From: Trichoplax adhaerens | Lineage: Eukaryota; Animalia; Placozoa | NCBI RefSeq assembly: GCF_000150275.1 | Contig: NW_002061099.1 | Span: 1-11,005, forward strand | Length of the DNA: 11,005 nucleotides | Reading direction: 5' to 3' | Shown here: positions 1-10,113 of the stretch, piece after piece | How the letters are laid out: every line of letters starts with the position of its first letter | Numbering within the stretch: the first letter of the stretch is position 1 | The notes under the pieces: model-generated | Told to the model about the DNA's origin: nothing | The model's database searches: none | The model's input: only the letters and a program-made list of their open reading frames with translations | Translations under genes and position numbers: made by a program

Positions 1-154
1 AATATATATTTATAAATATTAAGCACAAAGCAAGGTATATAGGTCAGTTATAGTTGGTGGTTGCCTTAGCATTAATTGGTAAATATTTACAGTTGTTTAA
101 AGTAATTGCAACTTGAATAGTCGTAGTAATACAATAGTAATACATTTAACCTAC

Positions 155-437
155 AAATATAGTCATGCTTCATGCATGATTCAGGACTATTTCAGTTGTA
201 TTTACGTAATTATGTAATGATAATTACGAAATTAGAATATTATTGATTGGTACTAGCAGAAACGATGACATCAACACTATTTACAGTAAAGGAAAGATAA
301 TATAGATAACATGTGAGGGGGAAATAGTAATATTAATTGGGCTAAAGTAAGGCGATATTATTAAAACATTATTGTGTAGTATCAGCAGAAATGATGACAT
401 CAATACTATTTATAGTAAAGGAAAGAGAATATAAATA
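155..437. repeat. Diverged internal duplication, copy A, made of two 129-bp subunits (also at +2715 and +5430)
   Basis: AGCAGAAA(C/T)GATGACATCAA(C/T)ACTATT starts at 255 and 384, a 129-bp spacing. The block aligns to 2390-2670. Confidence 0.92.
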
Positions 438-1156
438 ACAAATTTAACAGCTCGACCCGATATTAGCCCGATAACTTATTTTTGGATCAACAGTTTGTTG
501 GCCCGCTTTTGTTAGTTGTTGTTATTGTACTAACGGGACTATCACTCACTAAGTCCATTAACAAATAAAAAAAGTACAAAATCTACGCTATTTATACTAT
601 GGGATACGTGCCACAATCATGCTGTGTGCTTAAACACCTGTTTACGTTTCAATGTTCGCATATGATAATGAAATAAAGAAATCAGTCATAATTGTCCACA
701 AAATTTCGATATATCGTACAAAATTTTCATTATCATAGTGTCATAAACCAGCTTCGTGACAAGGATAACGTAAAATAAATCTCTAAATTACTATAATCTC
801 CGGGATTCAGTATCCCTTAACTATCTCACAAGAATTTAGACGCCTTTGATTCTACGTTAAAACAACTATACAATTAAGAACTGCTTTACTCAACTATTTG
901 ACGGGTTTATATACCCTTCTACAGCAGCTAACATTCACAAGTCATCTTATAAAAATTCTTGGATAAGAACATCTACTAACTAGTTTTTCACAGTCGGACT
1001 ACAATATGTCCATTCACAGAATCATTTCAGTACACATTACAGCACAGCAATAAATTTACTGTAACACGTTTATAATTAGAGTAATTCTTATTATAAGTGA
1101 CCAGTTGTAATATAATATCACTATATTATATTAACCAAATTTAGATATCTATTTCT

Positions 1157-1177
1157 TCACGGTAGTTCGTACCGTGA
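1157..1177. other. Perfect 8-bp-stem hairpin TCACGGTA-gttcg-TACCGTGA in each array unit (also 3872-3892, 6587-6607)
   Basis: Inverted repeat read directly from the sequence. Function unknown. Confidence 0.7.
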
Positions 1178-2389
1178 CACATAGAAAAATATATGAGTTA
1201 TTTTTATTTGTAACTAGCAATGTATAAAAAAACTCATTTAGAAAAGATAAGAGAAACTTAGTTATTCCAATAACATGAAAATAAAATACTACTAGAAATA
1301 CGCGTATAATCGTAATGTATAAGGGCCAATAAACCCAAGTAGCTAGAATCTTCGTCGATAGTAGCAACTAACGCTATATCGTACTTGACGTAAAATACAT
1401 TAAAACGCACTTTGAGAGTCCAAACGTATAAGAAAAAAGTATCTAAGACCTTCCTTACTGGCCTAAATTAAAAAATTTAACATTGCATTATCAGTTTCCT
1501 TATTAAATGTTTTTGCTTATATAACACATATTAAAACTCCTTATGAAATACAGTTAAGGCATTTTTTTCAAATATATCTATTTGTAACTACAGTAACTAA
1601 CGTATATATTGTATTTCTACTTTGCAATATAGTTTTAATCTAGATTAATCTATAACGTAATCTTGAAGTTATATCACGTAACACACTTAGAGATACTATA
1701 CAACGTACGTTCGTGTTTAGTAAATAGTAGCAATAGATAATTAGAGTACATAAACAACTAGAATGATTACTTACTCTTCTCTATTCAAGCAACTTCTTAT
1801 TTCTACTGCATGGTTTTCTTCGATAGCAGACTTAGAAAAAACTATATCCGACATAGTGTCTTCTCGATCATTACCCTACGTACGTATGAATGAGTACACA
1901 TACGTATGTATAAATGTATATGTATCGAGATAAGAATTATCAGTAACGAACAGCTTTGTAAGTTGCAACAGACTTGTTATATACGTTAAGTATTAAGGAA
2001 AAGAACTAACATTTAACTGATTGCGATAATATTCTCTTGACTTTGTTAACCGATAGAATGCCAACATGAATAAACCCATGATTACCAACTGCTAGACATA
2101 AATAAATTAATAGTACATATATAAATAATTAAGTGAATTAAAATAACATCCGATTTAGGATCAATACAGTACATTACTGTAGTAACATAATTATATTATA
2201 GGGACTATATAAATGTATTTTTTAAGTTAAATCTGCTGATTTCCGTTTACTTTTATTCGTGACCAAAGAGAATCTTCCGGATTATTTTTTCTAAATCCCT
2301 TATAAAATGATTTCAATGTACAAATGTAAGGCTTTATATAGTCAGCGTTTGACTAGTATAGAAAGATCATATCAAAGAAACCGCAATCT

Positions 2390-2700
2390 AAATATAGTTA
2401 TGATTCATAGTTCACAACTATTTCAGTTACAATTACGCATATATATAATGATAATTACGAAAATAGAATATTATTGAATAGTACTAGCAGAAACGATGAC
2501 ATCAACACTATTTATAGTAAAGGAAAGACAATATAGATGACGTGTAAGGGAAGAATAGCAATATTGATTGGGCTGAGGTAAGGCGATATTATTAGAACAT
2601 TATTGTATAGTGCCAGCAGAAATGATGACATCAACACTATTAATAGCGAAGGAAAAATAATATAGATGACATATGATGGGACAACAATGATATTAATTAG
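2390..2700. repeat. Diverged internal duplication, copy B, made of 129-bp subunits (also 5105-5415)
   Basis: The same motif starts at 2486 and 2615. The offset to copy A is a constant 2231 bp downstream of the shared ACTATTTCAG. Confidence 0.92.
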
Positions 2701-5700
2701 GGTGCGGTACAAGTAAATATATATTTATAAATATTAAGCACAAAGCAAGGTATATAGGTCAGTTATAGTTGGTGGTTGCCTTAGCATTAATTGGTAAATA
2801 TTTACAGTTGTTTAAAGTAATTGCAACTTGAATAGTCGTAGTAATACAATAGTAATACATTTAACCTACAAATATAGTCATGCTTCATGCATGATTCAGG
2901 ACTATTTCAGTTGTATTTACGTAATTATGTAATGATAATTACGAAATTAGAATATTATTGATTGGTACTAGCAGAAACGATGACATCAACACTATTTACA
3001 GTAAAGGAAAGATAATATAGATAACATGTGAGGGGGAAATAGTAATATTAATTGGGCTAAAGTAAGGCGATATTATTAAAACATTATTGTGTAGTATCAG
3101 CAGAAATGATGACATCAATACTATTTATAGTAAAGGAAAGAGAATATAAATAACAAATTTAACAGCTCGACCCGATATTAGCCCGATAACTTATTTTTGG
3201 ATCAACAGTTTGTTGGCCCGCTTTTGTTAGTTGTTGTTATTGTACTAACGGGACTATCACTCACTAAGTCCATTAACAAATAAAAAAAGTACAAAATCTA
3301 CGCTATTTATACTATGGGATACGTGCCACAATCATGCTGTGTGCTTAAACACCTGTTTACGTTTCAATGTTCGCATATGATAATGAAATAAAGAAATCAG
3401 TCATAATTGTCCACAAAATTTCGATATATCGTACAAAATTTTCATTATCATAGTGTCATAAACCAGCTTCGTGACAAGGATAACGTAAAATAAATCTCTA
3501 AATTACTATAATCTCCGGGATTCAGTATCCCTTAACTACCTCACAAGAATTTAGACGCCTTTGATTCTACGTTAAAACAACTATACAATTAAGAACTGCT
3601 TTACTCAACTATCTGACGGGTTTATATACCCTTCTACAGCAGCTAACATTCACAAGTCATCTTATAAAAATTCTTGGATAAGAACATCTACTAACTAGTT
3701 TTTCACAGTCGGACTACAATATGTCCATTCACAGAATCATTTCAGTACACATTACAGCACAGCAATAAATTTACTGTAACACGTTTATAATTAGAGTAAT
3801 TCTTATTATAAGTGACCAGTTGTAATATAATATCACTATATTATATTAACCAAATTTAGATATCTATTTCTTCACGGTAGTTCGTACCGTGACACATAGA
3901 AAAATATATGAGTTATTTTTATTTGTAACTAGCAATGTATAAAAAAACTCATTTAGAAAAGATAAGAGAAACTTAGTTATTCCAATAACATGAAAATAAA
4001 ATACTACTAGAAATACGCGTATAATCGTAATGTATAAGGGCCAATAAACCCAAGTAGCTAGAATCTTCGTCGATAGTAGCAACTAACGCTATATCGTACT
4101 TGACGTAAAATACATTAAAACGCACTTTGAGAGTCCAAACGTATAAGAAAAAAGTATCTAAGACCTTCCTTACTGGCCTAAATTAAAAAATTTAACATTG
4201 CATTATCAGTTTCCTTATTAAATGTTTTTGCTTATATAACACATATTAAAACTCCTTATGAAATACAGTTAAGGCATTTTTTTCAAATATATCTATTTGT
4301 AACTACAGTAACTAACGTATATATTGTATTTCTACTTTGCAATATAGTTTTAATCTAGATTAATCTATAACGTAATCTTGAAGTTATATCACGTAACACA
4401 CTTAGAGATACTATACAACGTATGTTCGTGTTTAGTAAATAGTAGCAATAGATAATTAGAGTACATAAACAACTAGAATGATTACTTACTCTTCTCTATT
4501 CAAGCAACTTCTTATTTCTACTGCATGGTTTTCTTCGATAGCAGACTTAGAAAAAACTATATCCGACATAGTGTCTTCTCGATCATTACCCTACGTACGT
4601 ATGAATGAGTACACATACGTATGTATAAATGTATATGTATCGAGATAAGAATTATCAGTAACGAACAGCTTTGTAAGTTGCAACAGACTTGTTATATACG
4701 TTAAGTATTAAGGAAAAGAACTAACATTTAACTGATTGCGATAATATTCTCTTGACTTTGTTAACCGATAGAATGCCAACATGAATAAACCCATGATTAC
4801 CAACTGCTAGACATAAATAAATTAATAGTACATATATAAATAATTAAGTGAATTAAAATAACATCCGATTTAGGATCAATACAGTACATTACTGTAGTAA
4901 CATAATTATATTATAGGGACTATATAAATGTATTTTTTAAGTTAAATCTGCTGATTTCCGTTTACTTTTATTCGTGACCAAAGAGAATCTTCCGGATTAT
5001 TTTTTCTAAATCCCTTATAAAATGATTTCAATGTACAAATGTAAGGCTTTATATAGTCAGCGTTTGACTAGTATAGAAAGATCATATCAAAGAAACCGCA
5101 ATCTAAATATAGTTATGATTCATAGTTCACAACTATTTCAGTTACAATTACGCATATATATAATGATAATTACGAAAATAGAATATTATTGAATAGTACT
5201 AGCAGAAACGATGACATCAACACTATTTATAGTAAAGGAAAGACAATATAGATGACGTGTAAGGGAAGAATAGCAATATTGATTGGGCTGAGGTAAGGCG
5301 ATATTATTAGAACATTATTGTATAGTGCCAGCAGAAATGATGACATCAACACTATTAATAGCGAAGGAAAAATAATATAGATGACATATGATGGGACAAC
5401 AATGATATTAATTAGGGTGCGGTACAAGTAAATATATATTTATAAATATTAAGCACAAAGCAAGGTATATAGGTCAGTTATAGTTGGTGGTTGCCTTAGC
5501 ATTAATTGGTAAATATTTACAGTTGTTTAAAGTAATTGCAACTTGAATAGTCGTAGTAATACAATAGTAATACATTTAACCTACAAATATAGTCATGCTT
5601 CATGCATGATTCAGGACTATTTCAGTTGTATTTACGTAATTATGTAATGATAATTACGAAATTAGAATATTATTGATTGGTACTAGCAGAAACGATGACA

Positions 5701-6653
5701 TCAACACTATTTACAGTAAAGGAAAGATAATATAGATAACATGTGAGGGGGAAATAGTAATATTAATTGGGCTAAAGTAAGGCGATATTATTAAAACATT
5801 ATTGTGTAGTATCAGCAGAAATGATGACATCAATACTATTTATAGTAAAGGAAAGAGAATATAAATAACAAATTTAACAGCTCGACCCGATATTAGCCCG
5901 ATAACTTATTTTTGGATCAACAGTTTGTTGGCCCGCTTTTGTTAGTTGTTGTTATTGTACTAACGGGACTATCACTCACTAAGTCCATTAACAAATAAAA
6001 AAAGTACAAAATCTACGCTATTTATACTATGGGATACGTGCCACAATCATGCTGTGTGCTTAAACACCTGTTTACGTTTCAATGTTCGCATATGATAATG
6101 AAATAAAGAAATCAGTCATAATTGTCCACAAAATTTCGATATATCGTACAAAATTTTCATTATCATAGTGTCATAAACCAGCTTCGTGACAAGGATAACG
6201 TAAAATAAATCTCTAAATTACTATAATCTCCGGGATTCAGTATCCCTTAACTATCTCACAAGAATTTAGACGCCTTTGATTCTACGTTAAAACAACTATA
6301 CAATTAAGAACTGCTTTACTCAACTATCTGACGGGTTTATATACCCTTCTACAGCAGCTAACATTCACAAGTCATCTTATAAAAATTCTTGGATAAGAAC
6401 ATCTACTAACTAGTTTTTCACAGTCGGACTACAATATGTCCATTCACAGAATCATTTCAGTACACATTACAGCACAGCAATAAATTTACTGTAACACGTT
6501 TATAATTAGAGTAATTCTTATTATAAGTGACCAGTTGTAATATAATATCACTATATTATATTAACCAAATTTAGATATCTATTTCTTCACGGTAGTTCGT
6601 ACCGTGACACATAGAAAAATATATGAGTTATTTTTATTTGTAACTAGCAATGA

Positions 6654-7212
6654 NNNNNNNNNNNNNNNNNNNNNNNNNNNNNNNNNNNNNNNNNNNNNNN
6701 NNNNNNNNNNNNNNNNNNNNNNNNNNNNNNNNNNNNNNNNNNNNNNNNNNNNNNNNNNNNNNNNNNNNNNNNNNNNNNNNNNNNNNNNNNNNNNNNNNNN
6801 NNNNNNNNNNNNNNNNNNNNNNNNNNNNNNNNNNNNNNNNNNNNNNNNNNNNNNNNNNNNNNNNNNNNNNNNNNNNNNNNNNNNNNNNNNNNNNNNNNNN
6901 NNNNNNNNNNNNNNNNNNNNNNNNNNNNNNNNNNNNNNNNNNNNNNNNNNNNNNNNNNNNNNNNNNNNNNNNNNNNNNNNNNNNNNNNNNNNNNNNNNNN
7001 NNNNNNNNNNNNNNNNNNNNNNNNNNNNNNNNNNNNNNNNNNNNNNNNNNNNNNNNNNNNNNNNNNNNNNNNNNNNNNNNNNNNNNNNNNNNNNNNNNNN
7101 NNNNNNNNNNNNNNNNNNNNNNNNNNNNNNNNNNNNNNNNNNNNNNNNNNNNNNNNNNNNNNNNNNNNNNNNNNNNNNNNNNNNNNNNNNNNNNNNNNNN
7201 NNNNNNNNNNNN
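6654..7212. other. Assembly gap (559 N)
   Basis: Run of N. Confidence 1.
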
Positions 7213-7495
7213 CGAAAAATAATAACAAAAAGATAATAAAAGGAAATAAAAAATGAAACACTAAAAATCGAATATATACGCCGCGTGAGCGCAAAGAAAT
7301 ATATATATATCGTTTCGACTCTGAAATTTTCTATATATATTTATGCAATAATGTATGCGGGATTCGCGATTGGTCCAGGTCTTCTCTATCTATCATAAGT
7401 TATAATAATTATTATTGCGCAATTATATCAAAATATACTTTTGAAATAATTGTGGAAGTGGTGCAAATCTTTTCCAAATAAATACCAAAAATAAA

Positions 7496-7573
7496 AATAC
7501 TATATTGCTGTATAGACTAAGTTCATTTATCCGGTTTATCTTAGCCGTTTTCGACTGTTATATGAGGGCAAAT
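7496..7573 (+). repeat. 78-bp direct repeat, left copy
   Basis: AATACTATATTGCTGTATAGACTAAG...ATATGAGGGCAAAT matches 8341-8418 with one mismatch (A7525/G8370). Confidence 0.96.
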
Positions 7574-7620
7574 ATTAAAATTACGGGTTACATGTGTGAA
7601 ACATGTTATAATCGGACACT

Positions 7621-7836
7621 AGATAGGGATTTGCTCGGAATTAAGGTAGGTAAATTTGGTGTCATGATTATGCGATAATCCCTAATCTATTAAGATAGGG
7701 ATTTGATCGGAATTACAGTGGGCAAATTTGATGCAAAGATTGTGTGATATTCCCTAATCTATGTGTGATGATAGGGAATTGATGACAATTATGATAGGTA
7801 AATTTTATGTGAATATTGTGCGATATTCCCTAATAT
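7621..7836. repeat. Three diverged tandem ~72-76-bp units (GATAGGGA...GGYAAATTT...GATAWTCCCTAAT)
   Basis: GATAGGG starts at 7622, 7694 and 7770, with conserved internal and terminal motifs. Confidence 0.88.
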
Positions 7837-8058
7837 TAGAGCTAGGAGTAAAAACTATGTGGAACATAAATAATTATGAAACTATGTGGAACATTTTGAG
7901 TCATAAACTATGTGGAACATTTAGAATCATAAACTATGTGGAACACGCAAGATACGAGATTCGGATGGATGTGGAATGTTTATGTGTAATTTCAAAGCTT
8001 ATAATCTATGTGGAACATACATTATAAATTATGTGGAACATTTAGAAATGGAACACTT

Positions 8059-8195
8059 GATAGGGTTTTGATCAAAAATAAGCAGGTAAATTTTTTGGTT
8101 AAGCTAGTACGATATTGCCTAATCTGTTAGATAGGTCGTTTGTACAAACCAAGTAGGCAAATTTTGGGTTATGGTTGGGCGATATTGCCTAATCT
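8059..8195. repeat. Two further ~71-bp units of the same family (GATAGG...AGGYAAATTTT...CGATATTGCCTAATCT)
   Basis: Units start at 8059 and 8130 and share three motif blocks with the 7621-7836 units. Confidence 0.85.
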
Positions 8196-8340
8196 GTTGA
8201 TAATTTATGTGGAACATTCTTCACTAAGTATGTGGAACATTGCGACAATCTGTGTTGAACATAATTAGCATATCCTACGTGGGATGTAGTTACGCAACAT
8301 AGTCTGTGTAGGGTTATATATGCGTACACTTGAAAATAAT

Positions 8341-8418
8341 AATACTATATTGCTGTATAGACTAAGTTCGTTTATCCGGTTTATCTTAGCCGTTTTCGAC
8401 TGTTATATGAGGGCAAAT
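8341..8418 (+). repeat. 78-bp direct repeat, right copy
   Basis: Matches 7496-7573 at 77/78 positions, 845 bp downstream. Confidence 0.96.
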
Positions 8419-8729
8419 TATGAATTTGTGTTGAAAGGTTGGCATGATCTTCTACATTTTGTGACGATGTTCCACATAGCTTCTACAGTAAGTACAGTAA
8501 GTTTATAATCTATGTAAAACATACATTATAAACTCTGCGCATACTCGCAACATGAGCATACGTAAATGCGAATTATTTATTCGCGTAGAAACAGGATTTT
8601 AAGGTTGTGTGACGTTGTAAACCTGATTGTAATATTTCTTATAAAAATCAGCGTACACTGCAAATTAATAAGTTTGATATCGTTCACAAGCTCTGCATAT
8701 ACTACAATCATCTACAGCATTTGTACATC

Positions 8730-9095
8730 ATGGAAGATACAAGTATCTTTTCAAGAGAATTTCTTAACGGACATGAACATCCCGAGGAATTCAATGCGAT
8801 AATAACCTGGTTGAATAACAATCTTCACGACATGCCCTCGTTTTGGCAGGAACTAAGTGTTCTTCATTCATTACCCAAGGATACTCCGGATAAGGAGGAT
8901 ATTAAGAATGTTCGTCAACAACAAGCAAAAACTGAAGTATTTCGTAGAATACGTGGTAATCTTGATAATTATTGCAGAGAAGTTGGCTACAAGTATAAAA
9001 TAAAAGTTCAAATTGTTGCTGGCATATTTCGGGGTGTCTACTTTCTCAAGAAACCGGACTGGGTTACTAATAATAAAAGAATGGATGTTAATTAA
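8730..9095 (+). CDS. Hypothetical 121-aa protein (MEDTSIFSREF...KRMDVN), probably element-encoded
   Basis: Uninterrupted frame in AT-rich DNA. ATG at 8730 is in a strong context (ATC ATG G). Composition is that of a soluble protein. It stops 18 bp from the convergent HNH-like gene. No family recognised. Confidence 0.65.
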   Translation: MEDTSIFSREFLNGHEHPEEFNAIITWLNNNLHDMPSFWQELSVLHSLPKDTPDKEDIKNVRQQQAKTEVFRRIRGNLDNYCREVGYKYKIKVQIVAGIFRGVYFLKKPDWVTNNKRMDVN

Positions 9096-9113
9096 AAAAC
9101 TGAATTTAACTCA

Positions 9114-9340
9114 TCAGCGCTTCCTAACATTGCATTCAAGGCACATTAACCTACAATTACTCTTAACATGTGGTAGTTTATTATCGATTCTATCAACTGT
9201 AATGTTAGAATTAACTGTCTTATCCTTTTTAATCGTAGCTTCAAATAATGTATTACATAGAGGACATGACGTACACTTTTCAAGTTGTAACTGAATCCAA
9301 TCAATATCTATGTAATCCTTATCATTTTTTCTACCCGCTG
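9114..9340 (-). CDS. C-terminal Zn-binding HNH/His-Me-finger-like endonuclease domain (5' part beyond the gap)
   Basis: AGRKNDKDYIDIDW...CPLC...NITVDRIDNKLPHVKSNCRLMCLECNVRKR* has two CxxC pairs around a DRIDN-x3-H-x3-N-x4-CxxCN signature. Confidence 0.82.
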
Positions 9341-10113
9341 NNNNNNNNNNNNNNNNNNNNNNNNNNNNNNNNNNNNNNNNNNNNNNNNNNNNNNNNNNNN
9401 NNNNNNNNNNNNNNNNNNNNNNNNNNNNNNNNNNNNNNNNNNNNNNNNNNNNNNNNNNNNNNNNNNNNNNNNNNNNNNNNNNNNNNNNNNNNNNNNNNNN
9501 NNNNNNNNNNNNNNNNNNNNNNNNNNNNNNNNNNNNNNNNNNNNNNNNNNNNNNNNNNNNNNNNNNNNNNNNNNNNNNNNNNNNNNNNNNNNNNNNNNNN
9601 NNNNNNNNNNNNNNNNNNNNNNNNNNNNNNNNNNNNNNNNNNNNNNNNNNNNNNNNNNNNNNNNNNNNNNNNNNNNNNNNNNNNNNNNNNNNNNNNNNNN
9701 NNNNNNNNNNNNNNNNNNNNNNNNNNNNNNNNNNNNNNNNNNNNNNNNNNNNNNNNNNNNNNNNNNNNNNNNNNNNNNNNNNNNNNNNNNNNNNNNNNNN
9801 NNNNNNNNNNNNNNNNNNNNNNNNNNNNNNNNNNNNNNNNNNNNNNNNNNNNNNNNNNNNNNNNNNNNNNNNNNNNNNNNNNNNNNNNNNNNNNNNNNNN
9901 NNNNNNNNNNNNNNNNNNNNNNNNNNNNNNNNNNNNNNNNNNNNNNNNNNNNNNNNNNNNNNNNNNNNNNNNNNNNNNNNNNNNNNNNNNNNNNNNNNNN
10001 NNNNNNNNNNNNNNNNNNNNNNNNNNNNNNNNNNNNNNNNNNNNNNNNNNNNNNNNNNNNNNNNNNNNNNNNNNNNNNNNNNNNNNNNNNNNNNNNNNNN
10101 NNNNNNNNNNNNN
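9341..10113. other. Assembly gap (773 N)
   Basis: Run of N. Confidence 1.

Larger units (their letters stand above)
1..6652. repeat. Tandem array of a 2715-bp unit (copies 1-2715, 2716-5430, partial 5431-6652), ending at an assembly gap
   Basis: AATATATATTTATAAATATTAAGCACAAAG recurs at 1, 2716 and 5431. ORF-track entries repeat at +2715 (1149/3864, 2512/5227). I spotted only three differences by eye (unit positions 824, 898, 1708). Confidence 0.98.
7856..8478. repeat. Clustered 11-bp motif TATGTGGAACA (8 exact direct copies, 1 inverted copy, several degenerate)
   Basis: Exact copies at 7856, 7883, 7909, 7935, 8007, 8030, 8206 and 8229. Inverted TGTTCCACATA at 8468. Degenerate copies near 7968, 8048, 8250 and 8511. 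Confidence 0.93.

Noticed and set aside
1149-1367. 72-aa minus-strand ORF (and copy 3864-4082)
   Set aside because: Non-ATG start and F/L/I/Y-rich composition expected from AT-rich non-coding DNA. It recurs only because of the array.
1635-2181. Short palindromes (TTAATCTAGATTAA, TACGTACGTA, CATACGTATG, TACAGTA-cat-TACTGTA)
   Set aside because: They are short and AT-rich, plausible by chance, and show no consistent organisation.
2512-2712. 66-aa hydrophobic minus-strand ORF (and copy 5227-5427) as a membrane protein
   Set aside because: It lies in the 129-bp repeat, the other subunits have TAA in this frame, and the start is non-ATG. It is best explained as an antisense shadow.
1-2715. rDNA, 5S, tRNA or histone repeat unit
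   Set aside because: I recognised no conserved rRNA, 5S, tRNA or histone sequence in the unit.
6604-7294. Three long ORFs spanning the first gap
   Set aside because: Artefacts of translating N.
7761-8027. 88-aa ORF, and the idea that the 72-bp units encode 24-aa leucine-rich repeats
   Set aside because: It is a translation of DNA repeats. The frames examined contain stops or lack LxxLxLxxN, and unit lengths of 71 and 76 break frame.
7856-8239. CRISPR array, or bacterial parS/DnaA boxes (GTGGAACA resembles a parS half-site)
   Set aside because: The repeat is only 11-15 bp with 12-16-bp related spacers, there are no cas genes, there is no full parS palindrome, and the context appears eukaryotic.
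8320-9294. ORFs 8320-8508, 8566-8802 and 9013-9294 (+)
   Set aside because: They overlap a repeat or the better-supported ORFs. 9013-9294 is largely antisense to the HNH domain.
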